A DNA stretch of 64,000 nt from a virus. The position numbers were made by a program, and so were the translations under genes. Positions within the stretch are counted from its first letter, which is position 1. Each line of letters opens with the position of its first letter. This document shows, one piece after another, positions 8,576-18,172 of the stretch. The notes beneath the pieces are model-generated. The model saw only the letters and a list, made by a program, of their open reading frames with translations, was not told the origin of the DNA and searched no databases. The DNA lies in IMG/VR virus record IMGVR_UViG_3300000228_000003, positions 1-64,000 of that record. One strand, 5' to 3'.

Positions 8576-8659
8576 TAGGTTATGGTGTTACAAAAAAAGT
8601 TAACACTATATTATTAATTAGTATAGAGTCAGCTCTTACTAAATTTCTTAAAAAAAGGA
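8576..8659 (+). promoter_or_regulatory. Leader repeat copy 2, upstream of chimallin; contains TATATTATTAA
   Basis: Near-identical to 7799-7879. Confidence 0.85.
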
Positions 8660-8667
8660 AAAACTAA

Positions 8668-10491
8668 ATGTCACAGAACGCGGCAACAAATAATGCGTCA
8701 ACAGCAGGTGTTTTGTCTATTGGACAAGGTAATTATGAGAATAATAATGACACAACTAACACAATGGGTAGCACGAAAGTAAATATGGTATCTAATACGC
8801 TGACTAATAGTTGGTTAAGAGCTTCGTCAGAAACGGCTACTAAGTATTACGAACAGTTTAAAAAAATAGAAAGTAAAAACACCAATAACAAAATAACGTT
8901 ATTGCTTATGGATAGTCTAACGCACGGATTAGGTTACAGTCTAATACTAGCGGTACAAGTACTACCTAATAGTTTAGTGGTTGTACCACTAATCATAGCA
9001 GATGCTGGAAAAACAGTGTTAACAGTAGGTGATATAAGCCAAAAGATAGTTAACCAACGAGATAAAAGCGTGATATACACACCTGTAGATGTATTAAATA
9101 CAGTGGGTATAAACAAAATAAATATGTTCTTGTCAACTACCTATGGCAATATAGGTATTACTATGCTAGACACGATTGTAGTGCCAGCTAAAACAGATGA
9201 AGATATAAATATGTTAACGATTTTATTAAAAGCTTCTACAGCTTTAATAGAAGAACATATTGCGGCAATGTCAGGTACAATCTCTCCAAATCTAAAAGAG
9301 ACTATGTCAAACGCTATTATGCGATTTAATTTAACGTCACTACCAGGTACTGTTAAAACAGATATCTTTGGCAAAAAGATATCTGTTGATACAGAAATCT
9401 CACTATCTAAGACCAGTATATTAAGCGCTGGAAAAATAGATATAAATGCTGGTGAACAAGATGATGTGGAACTGTGTCGTGTCACGACAGTACTAGATGC
9501 TATGCCGTATGAGCTACAAGAACGTAATAATATGGGCGGTGTTAATAATGTTATAAAAATGATACCTATAGTGGTGGTAAGTTCTGCTATAACCGCTGGA
9601 TTTACGCCATTTAACTTCTTATTAACAATACTAACGGCAGCTACAGCTAGTACACCAACAGGTATATTTAATGCCATATATAGGCAAGGTGCTAACAATA
9701 AACATGGTGCGTTAAACATTATTACGCAATCTACAAGAACACCTACAGGTGTCACGTATGGAGATAACTGGGAGAATAAAATAGGTGAGCACTCTGACCT
9801 AGGTGAGTTCATGACACTAGTTAAACACTTATATAACGTATCGTCTCCTATCATGGCGTTCGATATATCGTCTGGTACACTAACCAGTTGCCTAGCTGGT
9901 ATACTGGTCGCTGGTGCTAAGAATAATGTACTTGGGTACGATAGCGCACTACGTGCTATCGTCAAATCGGCACATACTCTTACTGCTGGTAAGTTCCCAG
10001 TTGACTATGATATTGCTAATATTATAACAGCAGCACAAAAGTTACCAGACGGTACATATATGTCACCAAGTGGAATACGTCCACTAAGTGAAATTGACTA
10101 TAAAACACTATTAGCGGAGAATAGACTTGACCTAGCTAATAGATATCTACAAGTTATGAATGACAACAGTGGTACTGATATGCCGTATGCGGAAATGATT
10201 AGAATTTACAGCGAATTAAAATTGTCGCAAGCAGAAATAACAAATGAAAAGTACAGAGTGTACTTGAACGCAACATTTGTTAATACCTTATTAAAGAGTA
10301 TAGCACAGCTAGGAGTAGCTGGAGATGTATATACAACGTATATGGTGCCAATGGATACAGAGTATTATTTATCTAATAGTAATACGTTAGGCGGAAGTAT
10401 GATAACAGGTGGTATTCCTAACTATTCCACACAACACGGACCAGTGGCATCATTAGCATTTGGCGGAGGGCAATGGGGTAGAGCATACTAA
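8668..10491 (+). CDS. chmA: Chimallin (phage nuclear shell protein; phiKZ gp54 / 201phi2-1 gp105-like)
   Basis: 607 aa immediately upstream of the nvRNAP beta' gene; colinear motif matches to 201phi2-1 gp105 as recalled (TDIFGKKISVD~HDTVGNPIRAD, KHGAL~DIGAL, PIMAFDI~PVFQIDL, AIVKSAHTLTAGKF~TIIRQINNLGGGGF, LNATFVNTL~YNAKFIEAL). Confidence 0.85.
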   Translation: MSQNAATNNASTAGVLSIGQGNYENNNDTTNTMGSTKVNMVSNTLTNSWLRASSETATKYYEQFKKIESKNTNNKITLLLMDSLTHGLGYSLILAVQVLPNSLVVVPLIIADAGKTVLTVGDISQKIVNQRDKSVIYTPVDVLNTVGINKINMFLSTTYGNIGITMLDTIVVPAKTDEDINMLTILLKASTALIEEHIAAMSGTISPNLKETMSNAIMRFNLTSLPGTVKTDIFGKKISVDTEISLSKTSILSAGKIDINAGEQDDVELCRVTTVLDAMPYELQERNNMGGVNNVIKMIPIVVVSSAITAGFTPFNFLLTILTAATASTPTGIFNAIYRQGANNKHGALNIITQSTRTPTGVTYGDNWENKIGEHSDLGEFMTLVKHLYNVSSPIMAFDISSGTLTSCLAGILVAGAKNNVLGYDSALRAIVKSAHTLTAGKFPVDYDIANIITAAQKLPDGTYMSPSGIRPLSEIDYKTLLAENRLDLANRYLQVMNDNSGTDMPYAEMIRIYSELKLSQAEITNEKYRVYLNATFVNTLLKSIAQLGVAGDVYTTYMVPMDTEYYLSNSNTLGGSMITGGIPNYSTQHGPVASLAFGGGQWGRAY

Positions 10492-10493
10492 AA

Positions 10494-10532
10494 TAGTTAG
10501 AGTTAATGTTGATACAACATTAACTCTAACTA
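10494..10532 (+). terminator. Hairpin after chimallin (18-bp stem, ATA loop)
   Basis: TAGTTAGAGTTAATGTTG-ATA-CAACATTAACTCTAACTA. Confidence 0.7.
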
Positions 10533-10563
10533 CAGTATCTTATTTTTCTAGTAAGGAGGGGTA

Positions 10564-12069
10564 ATGGCACTATATTTTGAGTTAGAGGATTTCGAACAGC
10601 AATATAGTCTTTTAACAGGAGCTAAAATTGTGGTTAACGATATAAGTACTTATGAAGCATCTAAGGTAGCTAGCACTATAGATAGACTTAGTACTACTAT
10701 CAATGACCCAGTATTAAGCACAGTACCGCAGTGCGAGTGTGGCGCTTTAAAATACGGATACAACATAGGCACAACGTGCACTCTATGTGGTACTACAGTA
10801 GATGACCCATTCGATAGAGTAAATGCGTTAGTATGGCTTAAGATACCTGACCAAGATTTAAAATTTATTAATCCAACGTATTATACGTTAGTTAATAAAT
10901 TATTTAGTAACAAAATCGATTGTATCAATTGGCTATGCGATACCAAGTCTAGAGTTAAGTTACCCAACACACTGAATATACTATATACTATAGTAGAAAC
11001 AGTTATGGGTGGTGTAAGAAGCTATGCTTCGTTCGTAAATAACTTAGAAAATATATTACAATACTTACTAACACTACAAGGTCAAAAAGATAAAAGACAT
11101 AAAGTAGAAGTGTGTTTAAAATTATTACAAAATAATAATAATTTATGTTTTACTAAGTATCTACCTATGTTCAATAGTCGTATTTTTACTAAAGAGTTAG
11201 CTAGTAAAAATACATTTTTATCACTACTCTTAGGCGATATAGTAAGTGTTGTTAGAAACTGGATTGAGAAGTGTAATGCTATAAAAAATTATGCTACTAC
11301 CGATGTTAAATTTAGTAGAACTGTTAACAACATGATGGTGTACACACTATTTAAGTTAGCACAATTATACCAGCAATATATAAAAGACTATCTTGGTAAA
11401 AAGCCAGGTCTGTTTAAAAAACACATATTTGGTGCAAGGTCACATTTCACGTTTAGAATGACTATGTTACCAATAGTAGTACCACATAGGTATGATGAAA
11501 TACACGTGCCTATGTTAGTAGGTTTAGTTGTTTATAGACCACATATTATAAATATGTTGGTAAATAAACATGGATACACGCTTAGTGAAGCTAATAACAA
11601 AATAGCTGTTGCTATAAAAAAGTTTGATATAGAACTGTATCAATTACTTAATGTTCTATTAGAAGAAGCTCCGCTTATAACAGGTACTAGTATACACGGT
11701 TTACCTGTTATTAAACAGAGGAACCCGTCGATGTACCAGTCATCGATGCTAAAAGTATATATAACTAAATTTAAAGAAGACTTATCAGATTTAACTGTGT
11801 CATCTTCTAGTATGTTAGTTGTTTACTTAGGTGGTGACTTCGATGGTGACCAATTTCAGTTTACACCATTACAAGACGAGTTAATGGCTAATGAGTTCGA
11901 TACACTATCACCGTGGTATAACGTTCCAGCACATAGTACACCTTACGGTATATCCTCAGGATTAACTATTGGTAGTCCAGCTGTGTCTGTTATAAGTAGT
12001 GCATTAGCTTCTAAAACAGAAATTAAGTTAGATACGATATACGATAGCTTAAAAAAGGTTAACTTATGA
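10564..12069 (+). CDS. Non-virion RNA polymerase beta' N-terminal subunit (phiKZ gp55-like)
   Basis: CECG...CTLC zinc finger, FKKHIFGARSHFTFR, RNPSM, catalytic DFDGD. Confidence 0.93.
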   Translation: MALYFELEDFEQQYSLLTGAKIVVNDISTYEASKVASTIDRLSTTINDPVLSTVPQCECGALKYGYNIGTTCTLCGTTVDDPFDRVNALVWLKIPDQDLKFINPTYYTLVNKLFSNKIDCINWLCDTKSRVKLPNTLNILYTIVETVMGGVRSYASFVNNLENILQYLLTLQGQKDKRHKVEVCLKLLQNNNNLCFTKYLPMFNSRIFTKELASKNTFLSLLLGDIVSVVRNWIEKCNAIKNYATTDVKFSRTVNNMMVYTLFKLAQLYQQYIKDYLGKKPGLFKKHIFGARSHFTFRMTMLPIVVPHRYDEIHVPMLVGLVVYRPHIINMLVNKHGYTLSEANNKIAVAIKKFDIELYQLLNVLLEEAPLITGTSIHGLPVIKQRNPSMYQSSMLKVYITKFKEDLSDLTVSSSSMLVVYLGGDFDGDQFQFTPLQDELMANEFDTLSPWYNVPAHSTPYGISSGLTIGSPAVSVISSALASKTEIKLDTIYDSLKKVNL

Positions 12070-12650
12070 TAGTAAGGGAGGTAACAGACCCACGGTCTAT
12101 AAGTGCATCATTGTATTCTGTTACACCACCTGCTATGGTCAGTTATTTTAGAGATAATCTAGGCGCAGCATATGCGTCGTTAAAAGATATAGGTGGTTCT
12201 ACGCTATCAGCTATCTCGTCAGCTTTTAACACATATAATTCCGATAGCGCCATAGCTGCTACTAAAAGAGCTATGCACCAAATCTATAATAACATTACAG
12301 CAGCTGACACTATACACGAGATATCTTGGGCGGACATATATGTTCCAAACGCAGTAATGAGGCATTATATCTTGACAGACCCGCTGTTACATAAACTAGC
12401 TAAGGCTGATAAGATATTCGGATATAAAAATGTATACATTGACCCAGAGGAGAATGTACCGCATAAATTTAAACAGGCATATGGTGAAGTTTATAATGGG
12501 CTATACCAGAATAATGGTTTGGTAGAAACTATATATTTCATACCAGGCGCAGTAGCAGTGCTAGACATAACAGACGCACTAGCCATACTAAGAACGCAAA
12601 GTAAAATAAAACAGTTAATAGCAGAAGGCGAAGACCCTACAGAAATGTAG
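12066..12650 (+). CDS. Conserved phiKZ-like hypothetical protein
   Basis: 194 aa, overlapping the RNAP subunit stop codon. Confidence 0.7.
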   Translation: MIVREVTDPRSISASLYSVTPPAMVSYFRDNLGAAYASLKDIGGSTLSAISSAFNTYNSDSAIAATKRAMHQIYNNITAADTIHEISWADIYVPNAVMRHYILTDPLLHKLAKADKIFGYKNVYIDPEENVPHKFKQAYGEVYNGLYQNNGLVETIYFIPGAVAVLDITDALAILRTQSKIKQLIAEGEDPTEM

Positions 12651-12693
12651 GGTCTTCTCCAGATTAGCAATATTAATTTAAATAAGGATAGAT

Positions 12694-13230
12694 ATGCGTG
12701 CAATTTTTTTAATATTACTAACACTACAAATAATGTTTGCGGGTAGTTTTAACAAAAGTAATAAAGTAATGTTAGCTAACTACACTATCGCGTTAAGTAA
12801 AAATAAAGACAATATAAATTGGATTATTAATAATGGGTATGTAGGTAAAGATAAATACTTATTAGCAGCTATAGCTTGGGTAGAAAGTGATTTTAATAAT
12901 AGTTGTGTTTATTATAATTGCTATGGATTATTGCAACTACATATGAGTAGTTTATATAATTATAATAAAGATAAGAAGTTAGGATTGACTAATAAACAAT
13001 TAATAAAAAGAGCTACTAGTAGCCTTAATTTTAATCGCGACGTAGCAATGCATGAGTTATCAAACTGGAAAAAAATTAAAAGTATTAAGGAGAAGCTTAG
13101 TAATAAAGATTTATTACGTTATTACAATGGAGGAAATAGAGCTTTTAAATTACCACGTACGAATGGATATGCTAACGAGGTTCTTCATAGAGAGAAGTTT
13201 TTAATTAATTATTATAAGGACGCATTATGA
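12694..13230 (+). CDS. Soluble lytic transglycosylase (SLT); candidate signal-peptide endolysin
   Basis: LAAIAWVES (catalytic Glu), GLLQL, YYNGG; hydrophobic N-terminus. Confidence 0.8.
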   Translation: MRAIFLILLTLQIMFAGSFNKSNKVMLANYTIALSKNKDNINWIINNGYVGKDKYLLAAIAWVESDFNNSCVYYNCYGLLQLHMSSLYNYNKDKKLGLTNKQLIKRATSSLNFNRDVAMHELSNWKKIKSIKEKLSNKDLLRYYNGGNRAFKLPRTNGYANEVLHREKFLINYYKDAL

Positions 13231-13500
13231 CAGAAAATACACTGATATACAATAGAAGTCTAAACTCTTTACAGGTTGTCTTTATAGGCAGTAGCGATAT
13301 TAAGATTGTTGATACTAAAGACTTTATTGTTAATATCATCACTATTAGAATGCCTTGATGCATTTTATAGATTAGATTTTGTAGCTAATCATTATCCAGA
13401 GTTTCTTAAGATACATAAAAGTATAATGTTAAAACAGCTTTGTGAAAAAGATATTTTAACATTAACTCTTTGGCAATTTGTAGTATTACTAATTGTGTAA
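13227..13500 (+). other. Two overlapping short ORFs (13227-13358, 43 aa; 13306-13500), possibly one frameshifted gene
   Basis: ATGA coupling to the SLT stop; first frame ends CCT TGA while the +1 frame stays open to 13500. Confidence 0.4.
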
Positions 13501-13576
13501 ATAATAGAATACTATTAACCGCAGCAGGACTTGCGTTGAATATAGTAGCTGAAGATGAATATTAGTAAGTACATTA

Positions 13577-13614
13577 ACTATAAGATAAGACGGTTAACCG
13601 TCTTATCTTATAGT
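13577..13614. terminator. 38-bp perfect palindrome, bidirectional terminator
   Basis: ACTATAAGATAAGACGGTT|AACCGTCTTATCTTATAGT between convergent genes. Confidence 0.8.
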
Positions 13615-13628
13615 GTACAACACTGTAT

Positions 13629-14621
13629 TTAGTTATTAAAATATTCTTCTGGTATTTTTTTTATTTGCATAGACAGATTTTTACCATCTAAAGTATCACA
13701 CGCTACAAAGAGGATGTTATTTTTTATACATACCATATCATAAATAGCTGGTGTCTTTGTTAGTTTTAAATCTATTGATAACTCTAATAGCTGACCGTGT
13801 TCTCCTACGTACATTAATTTCTTAAAGTAATCTACGCCAGTAGCTTCGCTATTATAGGATATAATGTTACTAAGTATAGGCATTTCTAACTTATTTCCAC
13901 AAAACAACACTGTTAATTCTTTATAACCTAATGTAGCTTTACTAACGTGTATATACGTTGGACTTGTTACAGGTGTTATACTTATTTCAACATTGGAGTC
14001 TGTAGTGTCAGAAGGTAAATTTATATCTCTAGCTAATAACCTACCAGCTATTACATTGTTAGTAATATTAGTAGGAAGTAAAACATTCTCGTAAGAGGTC
14101 ATATTTTTTATTATAACTGTAGAGGTTATACTATCACTATTAATATTACATTTAAGCATATTTACATTCTTGTGATTTACTACATAATTACGATTATTTA
14201 AAATACCTGATGCAGTAAAGCCACCTTGTAGTGTAAATCCATCCTCATTACTAATTACACTAGGCATAGCTATAGTAAAGTCTGTATCTATTTTTTCTAA
14301 AAGTATGTCTAGTTCACCATCATTTTCTGTTATGTTTATAACAGTAGCGTTAGTTACAAACACATTGTTTGTCATACCACCTACGACATATACTTTATTA
14401 AATTCATTACTAATCATTACATAGCCAGTATCTGGTAGCTCGTCTTTTAATACAGTAATGGTCTTTAAGGAAAAGAAATGCATATTATCGTCTACACGAA
14501 TTACACTTATTTTCTTTTTTAGACCATGTGGTCTTATTAATAATAAATAGTTATTATTAAGTTTAGTAACCATCTGTGTAATAAATTTGTTATTAATAAT
14601 ATTAGGCGGTTTCTTCATCAC
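13629..14621 (-). CDS. Divergent Kelch-like protein, paralog of 26316-27587
   Basis: VYVVGGMTNNVFV, FTIAMP, LQGGF motifs shared with the paralog. Confidence 0.6.
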   Translation of the reverse strand: MMKKPPNIINNKFITQMVTKLNNNYLLLIRPHGLKKKISVIRVDDNMHFFSLKTITVLKDELPDTGYVMISNEFNKVYVVGGMTNNVFVTNATVINITENDGELDILLEKIDTDFTIAMPSVISNEDGFTLQGGFTASGILNNRNYVVNHKNVNMLKCNINSDSITSTVIIKNMTSYENVLLPTNITNNVIAGRLLARDINLPSDTTDSNVEISITPVTSPTYIHVSKATLGYKELTVLFCGNKLEMPILSNIISYNSEATGVDYFKKLMYVGEHGQLLELSIDLKLTKTPAIYDMVCIKNNILFVACDTLDGKNLSMQIKKIPEEYFNN

Positions 14622-15315
14622 TATTCTCCTCTGGTGTTGGTGCGGTAGAAAAAAATCCCACTGATATAGGGACGCAGCTTATTAATGGACTAAGGGTCTT
14701 TATTAAAATCTCAAATATATTAGCATCAATATCTTCTACCAGTATTGATTTGCTGGCTATAGTTGGTATCACCAAACTTGTACCGAGTATAGGTGCACTA
14801 GTAGTATAACCAAGCACGTGCTGTGACTCTAGCCATTCTAATCCGTCAAACATAACTACTGTGGTTATGTCATTCTCTTTTATCCATTTAGTGGTTACTT
14901 CTATATATGGATTAAGGTGTATTACTTCAATGTTAATGTTAGGATAATAACTACTAACCATATATAATAAATTAGTAATTTCATCATTAGTTAACACATA
15001 TGGATATGTGTTAACATACATATTAGTACTAATAAAACTATCTCTCTCTGCGTGGTTAGTAATGGTTTTATTTATCACATCGTTTAAATAAACATATATA
15101 CCAGTAACTGTACTGTACTTTAATATTTCTTTATTTCTATAAGCGTAAAATATATTAAATATGTCTTCTGATATCCATCCTAATACATTTTTTTTACGTA
15201 GTTGATAATCTTTATGTAAATCTATTTTATCTAATATATCATTATCTATACCCATAAATATAGGCAACCTTGTGTCTAGTATACTATCTAAACTAATGTA
15301 TATAGCTTTAGACAT
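14602..15315 (-). CDS. Conserved phiKZ-like hypothetical protein
   Basis: N-terminal ISLDSILDTRL motif; overlapping operon. Confidence 0.65.
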   Translation of the reverse strand: MSKAIYISLDSILDTRLPIFMGIDNDILDKIDLHKDYQLRKKNVLGWISEDIFNIFYAYRNKEILKYSTVTGIYVYLNDVINKTITNHAERDSFISTNMYVNTYPYVLTNDEITNLLYMVSSYYPNINIEVIHLNPYIEVTTKWIKENDITTVVMFDGLEWLESQHVLGYTTSAPILGTSLVIPTIASKSILVEDIDANIFEILIKTLSPLISCVPISVGFFSTAPTPEENSDEETA

Positions 15316-15757
15316 TATTTTCCTTTTCTATTTCGTTTTTAACAGTATCAGAAAGTGTTTTTAATTTAGCTAACTCTACTGCAGCTACTTCGTTTAATAG
15401 CTCTTTTTCAGTTAGTGTTAATTCAAAATACTCATATAGATTTAAACCAAAAAACTTATTAATATTATTAATTACAAACTCATGTACCCAATCTTTAGCT
15501 GGTGTATATGGTACGCAATCTGTGATGTCAGTATAGTATTGCGTGTTAAATACACTTAGCGTAGTTGGTTTTTCAAAAGCTGTAAAAGGCGTTATAAACA
15601 CATCTTTATAGTACTGTTTCATGTAGCAGGCGCGGGCAGTTGCATCTGGTATAGCACTAACACCATTAAATAATTCGAGTAAATGATTACCATCTGATAA
15701 TTTAGTTATGTCTGAAATAGCAGCATTGACGGCATCATTATCTCGAAAATCTTGCAT
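15308..15757 (-). CDS. Conserved hypothetical protein, possibly T4 gp51-like baseplate hub assembly factor
   Basis: FGLNLYEYFEL motif; adjacent to a hub-like gene. Confidence 0.4.
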   Translation of the reverse strand: MQDFRDNDAVNAAISDITKLSDGNHLLELFNGVSAIPDATARACYMKQYYKDVFITPFTAFEKPTTLSVFNTQYYTDITDCVPYTPAKDWVHEFVINNINKFFGLNLYEYFELTLTEKELLNEVAAVELAKLKTLSDTVKNEIEKENNV

Positions 15758-17124
15758 TATATCTCGGAAACCTCTTTTATTATCGAGGTACGTGACTCCA
15801 CGCCTAGGACTAAAAAATATCTAAATACATTAATAGGAATATAATTACTTCCAAAATCTCCTAATTGTTTTTCTTGTTGCTTCTTTTTACACTCAGGGCA
15901 TACAAAATCTTCAACAGCTACGATAGCTACAGTGGTATTATCCATGTGTTCTTTAACACCATTAAAAAATGGTTGTATAACACTTTTCATATTGCTTAGA
16001 TTACTTAATAATATTCTGATATCACCTGGTTCGTCTATGACATCTGTGTCTGTATAAATACATTTAACATAGGACGCATATGTTGTTAGCGATAACGTAC
16101 TAACTAATCTATTTAGTATATCATCCTTATTTAGTGTATCATTAACCGCTAAAATATCATCTGCTTGTTCTATTAGTTCATTACACCAAACTTTACCGTC
16201 GGCTATGTACTCAGCAACCGTAGGTGTTTTATACTCTATGGTGATTTTTAGCCCGTTAGTATGTGTTATTTCTATTTTATGCGGCGGTGATATTTTATCT
16301 AATGTGTCTTTATATGTTTTAACGTCTTCTAGTGTCATAGCATTAGGCGAGTTCTTTAACATATGGGCAGTCATTTCTGGTGTTAGTTTACTATTTAACA
16401 CTATTTCTAGTTCTTTTAGGTCTATTTTATAATCCTCAGTATATGAGCAGACAGGCGTACTATTATCTTCATTAAGCTCATAATTATACTTACAACTTTT
16501 AGTTATATTAAATCCATTAGGATACATAGATTTACATAAACCTAATGTTATTAAATATAAATCTCTATTGTCTATATACTCGCTAATAGATTTATTGCTA
16601 GGTAATACTAAACTAGTACTAATTATTCTTGATTCTATAAAATTAAGTACTTTTTCTACAAACACAACTGTATGATTAGAGAAAACTAGATTTTGTGTGG
16701 CTAAACCTAGTTTTACTTCAGACTCCATAAGTGTGTATAATAATGTTACTATGTCGTTCATTTTAGGAGGAGTAATAGTAATATGAAAACCACTGTGCCA
16801 CAGTGCTATGCTCGTAGGCGCACCTAGTCCTAGTTTAGACGTTATAGCGGCTATAGCTAGCGCACCAGCTGTGTTTTCTTGTTTAGAACTAAGACATTTT
16901 AATCCTATAGTTTTACCACTTACAGCAACACCGTTAGTAGGATTATTACCAGGTATTAAAATGTTAGAAAAGGTACCTTTTGGAGTAATAAACTCTATAG
17001 ACCTTTCGGCACATTCTAACCAGCTAGCATTCTTTATTAAATTTTTAATAGTTGTTTCTGATAGACTCTTAATTGTTTCCATAGTTTGATAACTGAAGCA
17101 CGGTAGAGTGTGTGCTGATGTCAT
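15757..17124 (-). CDS. Conserved phiKZ-like protein, possibly T4 gp26-like baseplate hub
   Basis: LWHSGF.I.I.PP motif and C-terminal CPEC..KQ. Confidence 0.5.
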   Translation of the reverse strand: MTSAHTLPCFSYQTMETIKSLSETTIKNLIKNASWLECAERSIEFITPKGTFSNILIPGNNPTNGVAVSGKTIGLKCLSSKQENTAGALAIAAITSKLGLGAPTSIALWHSGFHITITPPKMNDIVTLLYTLMESEVKLGLATQNLVFSNHTVVFVEKVLNFIESRIISTSLVLPSNKSISEYIDNRDLYLITLGLCKSMYPNGFNITKSCKYNYELNEDNSTPVCSYTEDYKIDLKELEIVLNSKLTPEMTAHMLKNSPNAMTLEDVKTYKDTLDKISPPHKIEITHTNGLKITIEYKTPTVAEYIADGKVWCNELIEQADDILAVNDTLNKDDILNRLVSTLSLTTYASYVKCIYTDTDVIDEPGDIRILLSNLSNMKSVIQPFFNGVKEHMDNTTVAIVAVEDFVCPECKKKQQEKQLGDFGSNYIPINVFRYFLVLGVESRTSIIKEVSEI

Positions 17125-17552
17125 ATTGTTGCTCCTAATTTCATTTTTGCATTTAACACGGCGGTAGTACCGTCTATGTACGTGTTAACTAGTGTTTTTA
17201 ATTGTTCATCATCCGACGAACAAATTAATGTACTAAACACAGTCATTAACTCTGTTATTTTTTCCATATAAGTAACACTATTTAAACTTATCTCAATTAG
17301 TTTATTTAGGTCAGTACCTTTAACATAGCCATTACTTATAACTAAACTACTTTCTAATGTTACTACTTCTACTGTTAGCTCTTCTAGTTCTTTACAAACA
17401 TCTACTAATTTACTAGATACTTCTTTTTTTTTAAGTTTTGTATACTCTTTTATAATATTAGCTAAATAGTGTATATTAGCTTTTGTGTTTTCTATGGAAC
17501 TTACTATTTCATTAGTTAGTTCACGCTTGTGTGCCTTAATGTTATTAGCCAT
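17121..17552 (-). CDS. Hypothetical helical protein
   Basis: 143 aa; first gene of the minus-strand operon, AAGGA RBS. Confidence 0.7.
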   Translation of the reverse strand: MANNIKAHKRELTNEIVSSIENTKANIHYLANIIKEYTKLKKKEVSSKLVDVCKELEELTVEVVTLESSLVISNGYVKGTDLNKLIEISLNSVTYMEKITELMTVFSTLICSSDDEQLKTLVNTYIDGTTAVLNAKMKLGATI

Positions 17553-17617
17553 TTGTGTCCTTTTAATATTAATATCAAGTATATGTTAATAGGTGAATAT
17601 TATTATGAGGGATTTAT

Positions 17618-18172
17618 ATGGAATACATATTATCTGTGTTACAAACATATAGTGATGCTTTTAAATATAATCTAGTAAAGAGGGCTTTAACTGTTATAGG
17701 TTATTTACATAGTATTGATTATCGCACCAGTCAATTATCGAAAATCTATGCTATAGATATTCTAATAGATTACTTAGATACTAAAGAGGAAATAGACCAA
17801 AGTGCACTAGATGAGTTCTTTATTGTTTTATCTAAATGTGTAGATAACTATTTATTGTGTTTAGGTATTATAATACACAGCAACACTGTGTTGTCTAAAA
17901 AAATAGAATTATTAGAATTTATATATGCTATGTTTACACTAGACCAAAATCTAGCTACACACGTATTACAGGTATTAGAGACAGATAGTAATAGATTACA
18001 GCAGTTTTCTAGTATGATGATGGAATATACTGAATGGACAGAAATAGATGTTATAGAAACGATACAGGAACTAGATAGTGAAATTATGTACGCATTAGAA
18101 GAGGTATATAAAAATACTGAAGCAAAAATAAGTAGACAACAGGATGAATATGACACTAATAGAATATTTTAA
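17618..18172 (+). CDS. Conserved hypothetical protein (phiKZ gp79-like position)
   Basis: Acidic 184-aa ORF overlapping the RNAP subunit gene. Confidence 0.65.
   Translation: MEYILSVLQTYSDAFKYNLVKRALTVIGYLHSIDYRTSQLSKIYAIDILIDYLDTKEEIDQSALDEFFIVLSKCVDNYLLCLGIIIHSNTVLSKKIELLEFIYAMFTLDQNLATHVLQVLETDSNRLQQFSSMMMEYTEWTEIDVIETIQELDSEIMYALEEVYKNTEAKISRQQDEYDTNRIF

Noticed and set aside
9141-9965. 274-aa antisense ORF inside chimallin, and similar long shadow ORFs (20062-21021, 49109-49792, 50586-51176, 34768-35364)
   Set aside because: Fully overlap well-supported genes on the other strand and have the Ser/Leu/Ile-rich composition typical of antisense frames
10564-12069. Intron or intein in the nvRNAP beta' gene or other core genes
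   Set aside because: ORFs are continuous and of ordinary length; no homing endonuclease or intein motifs recognised
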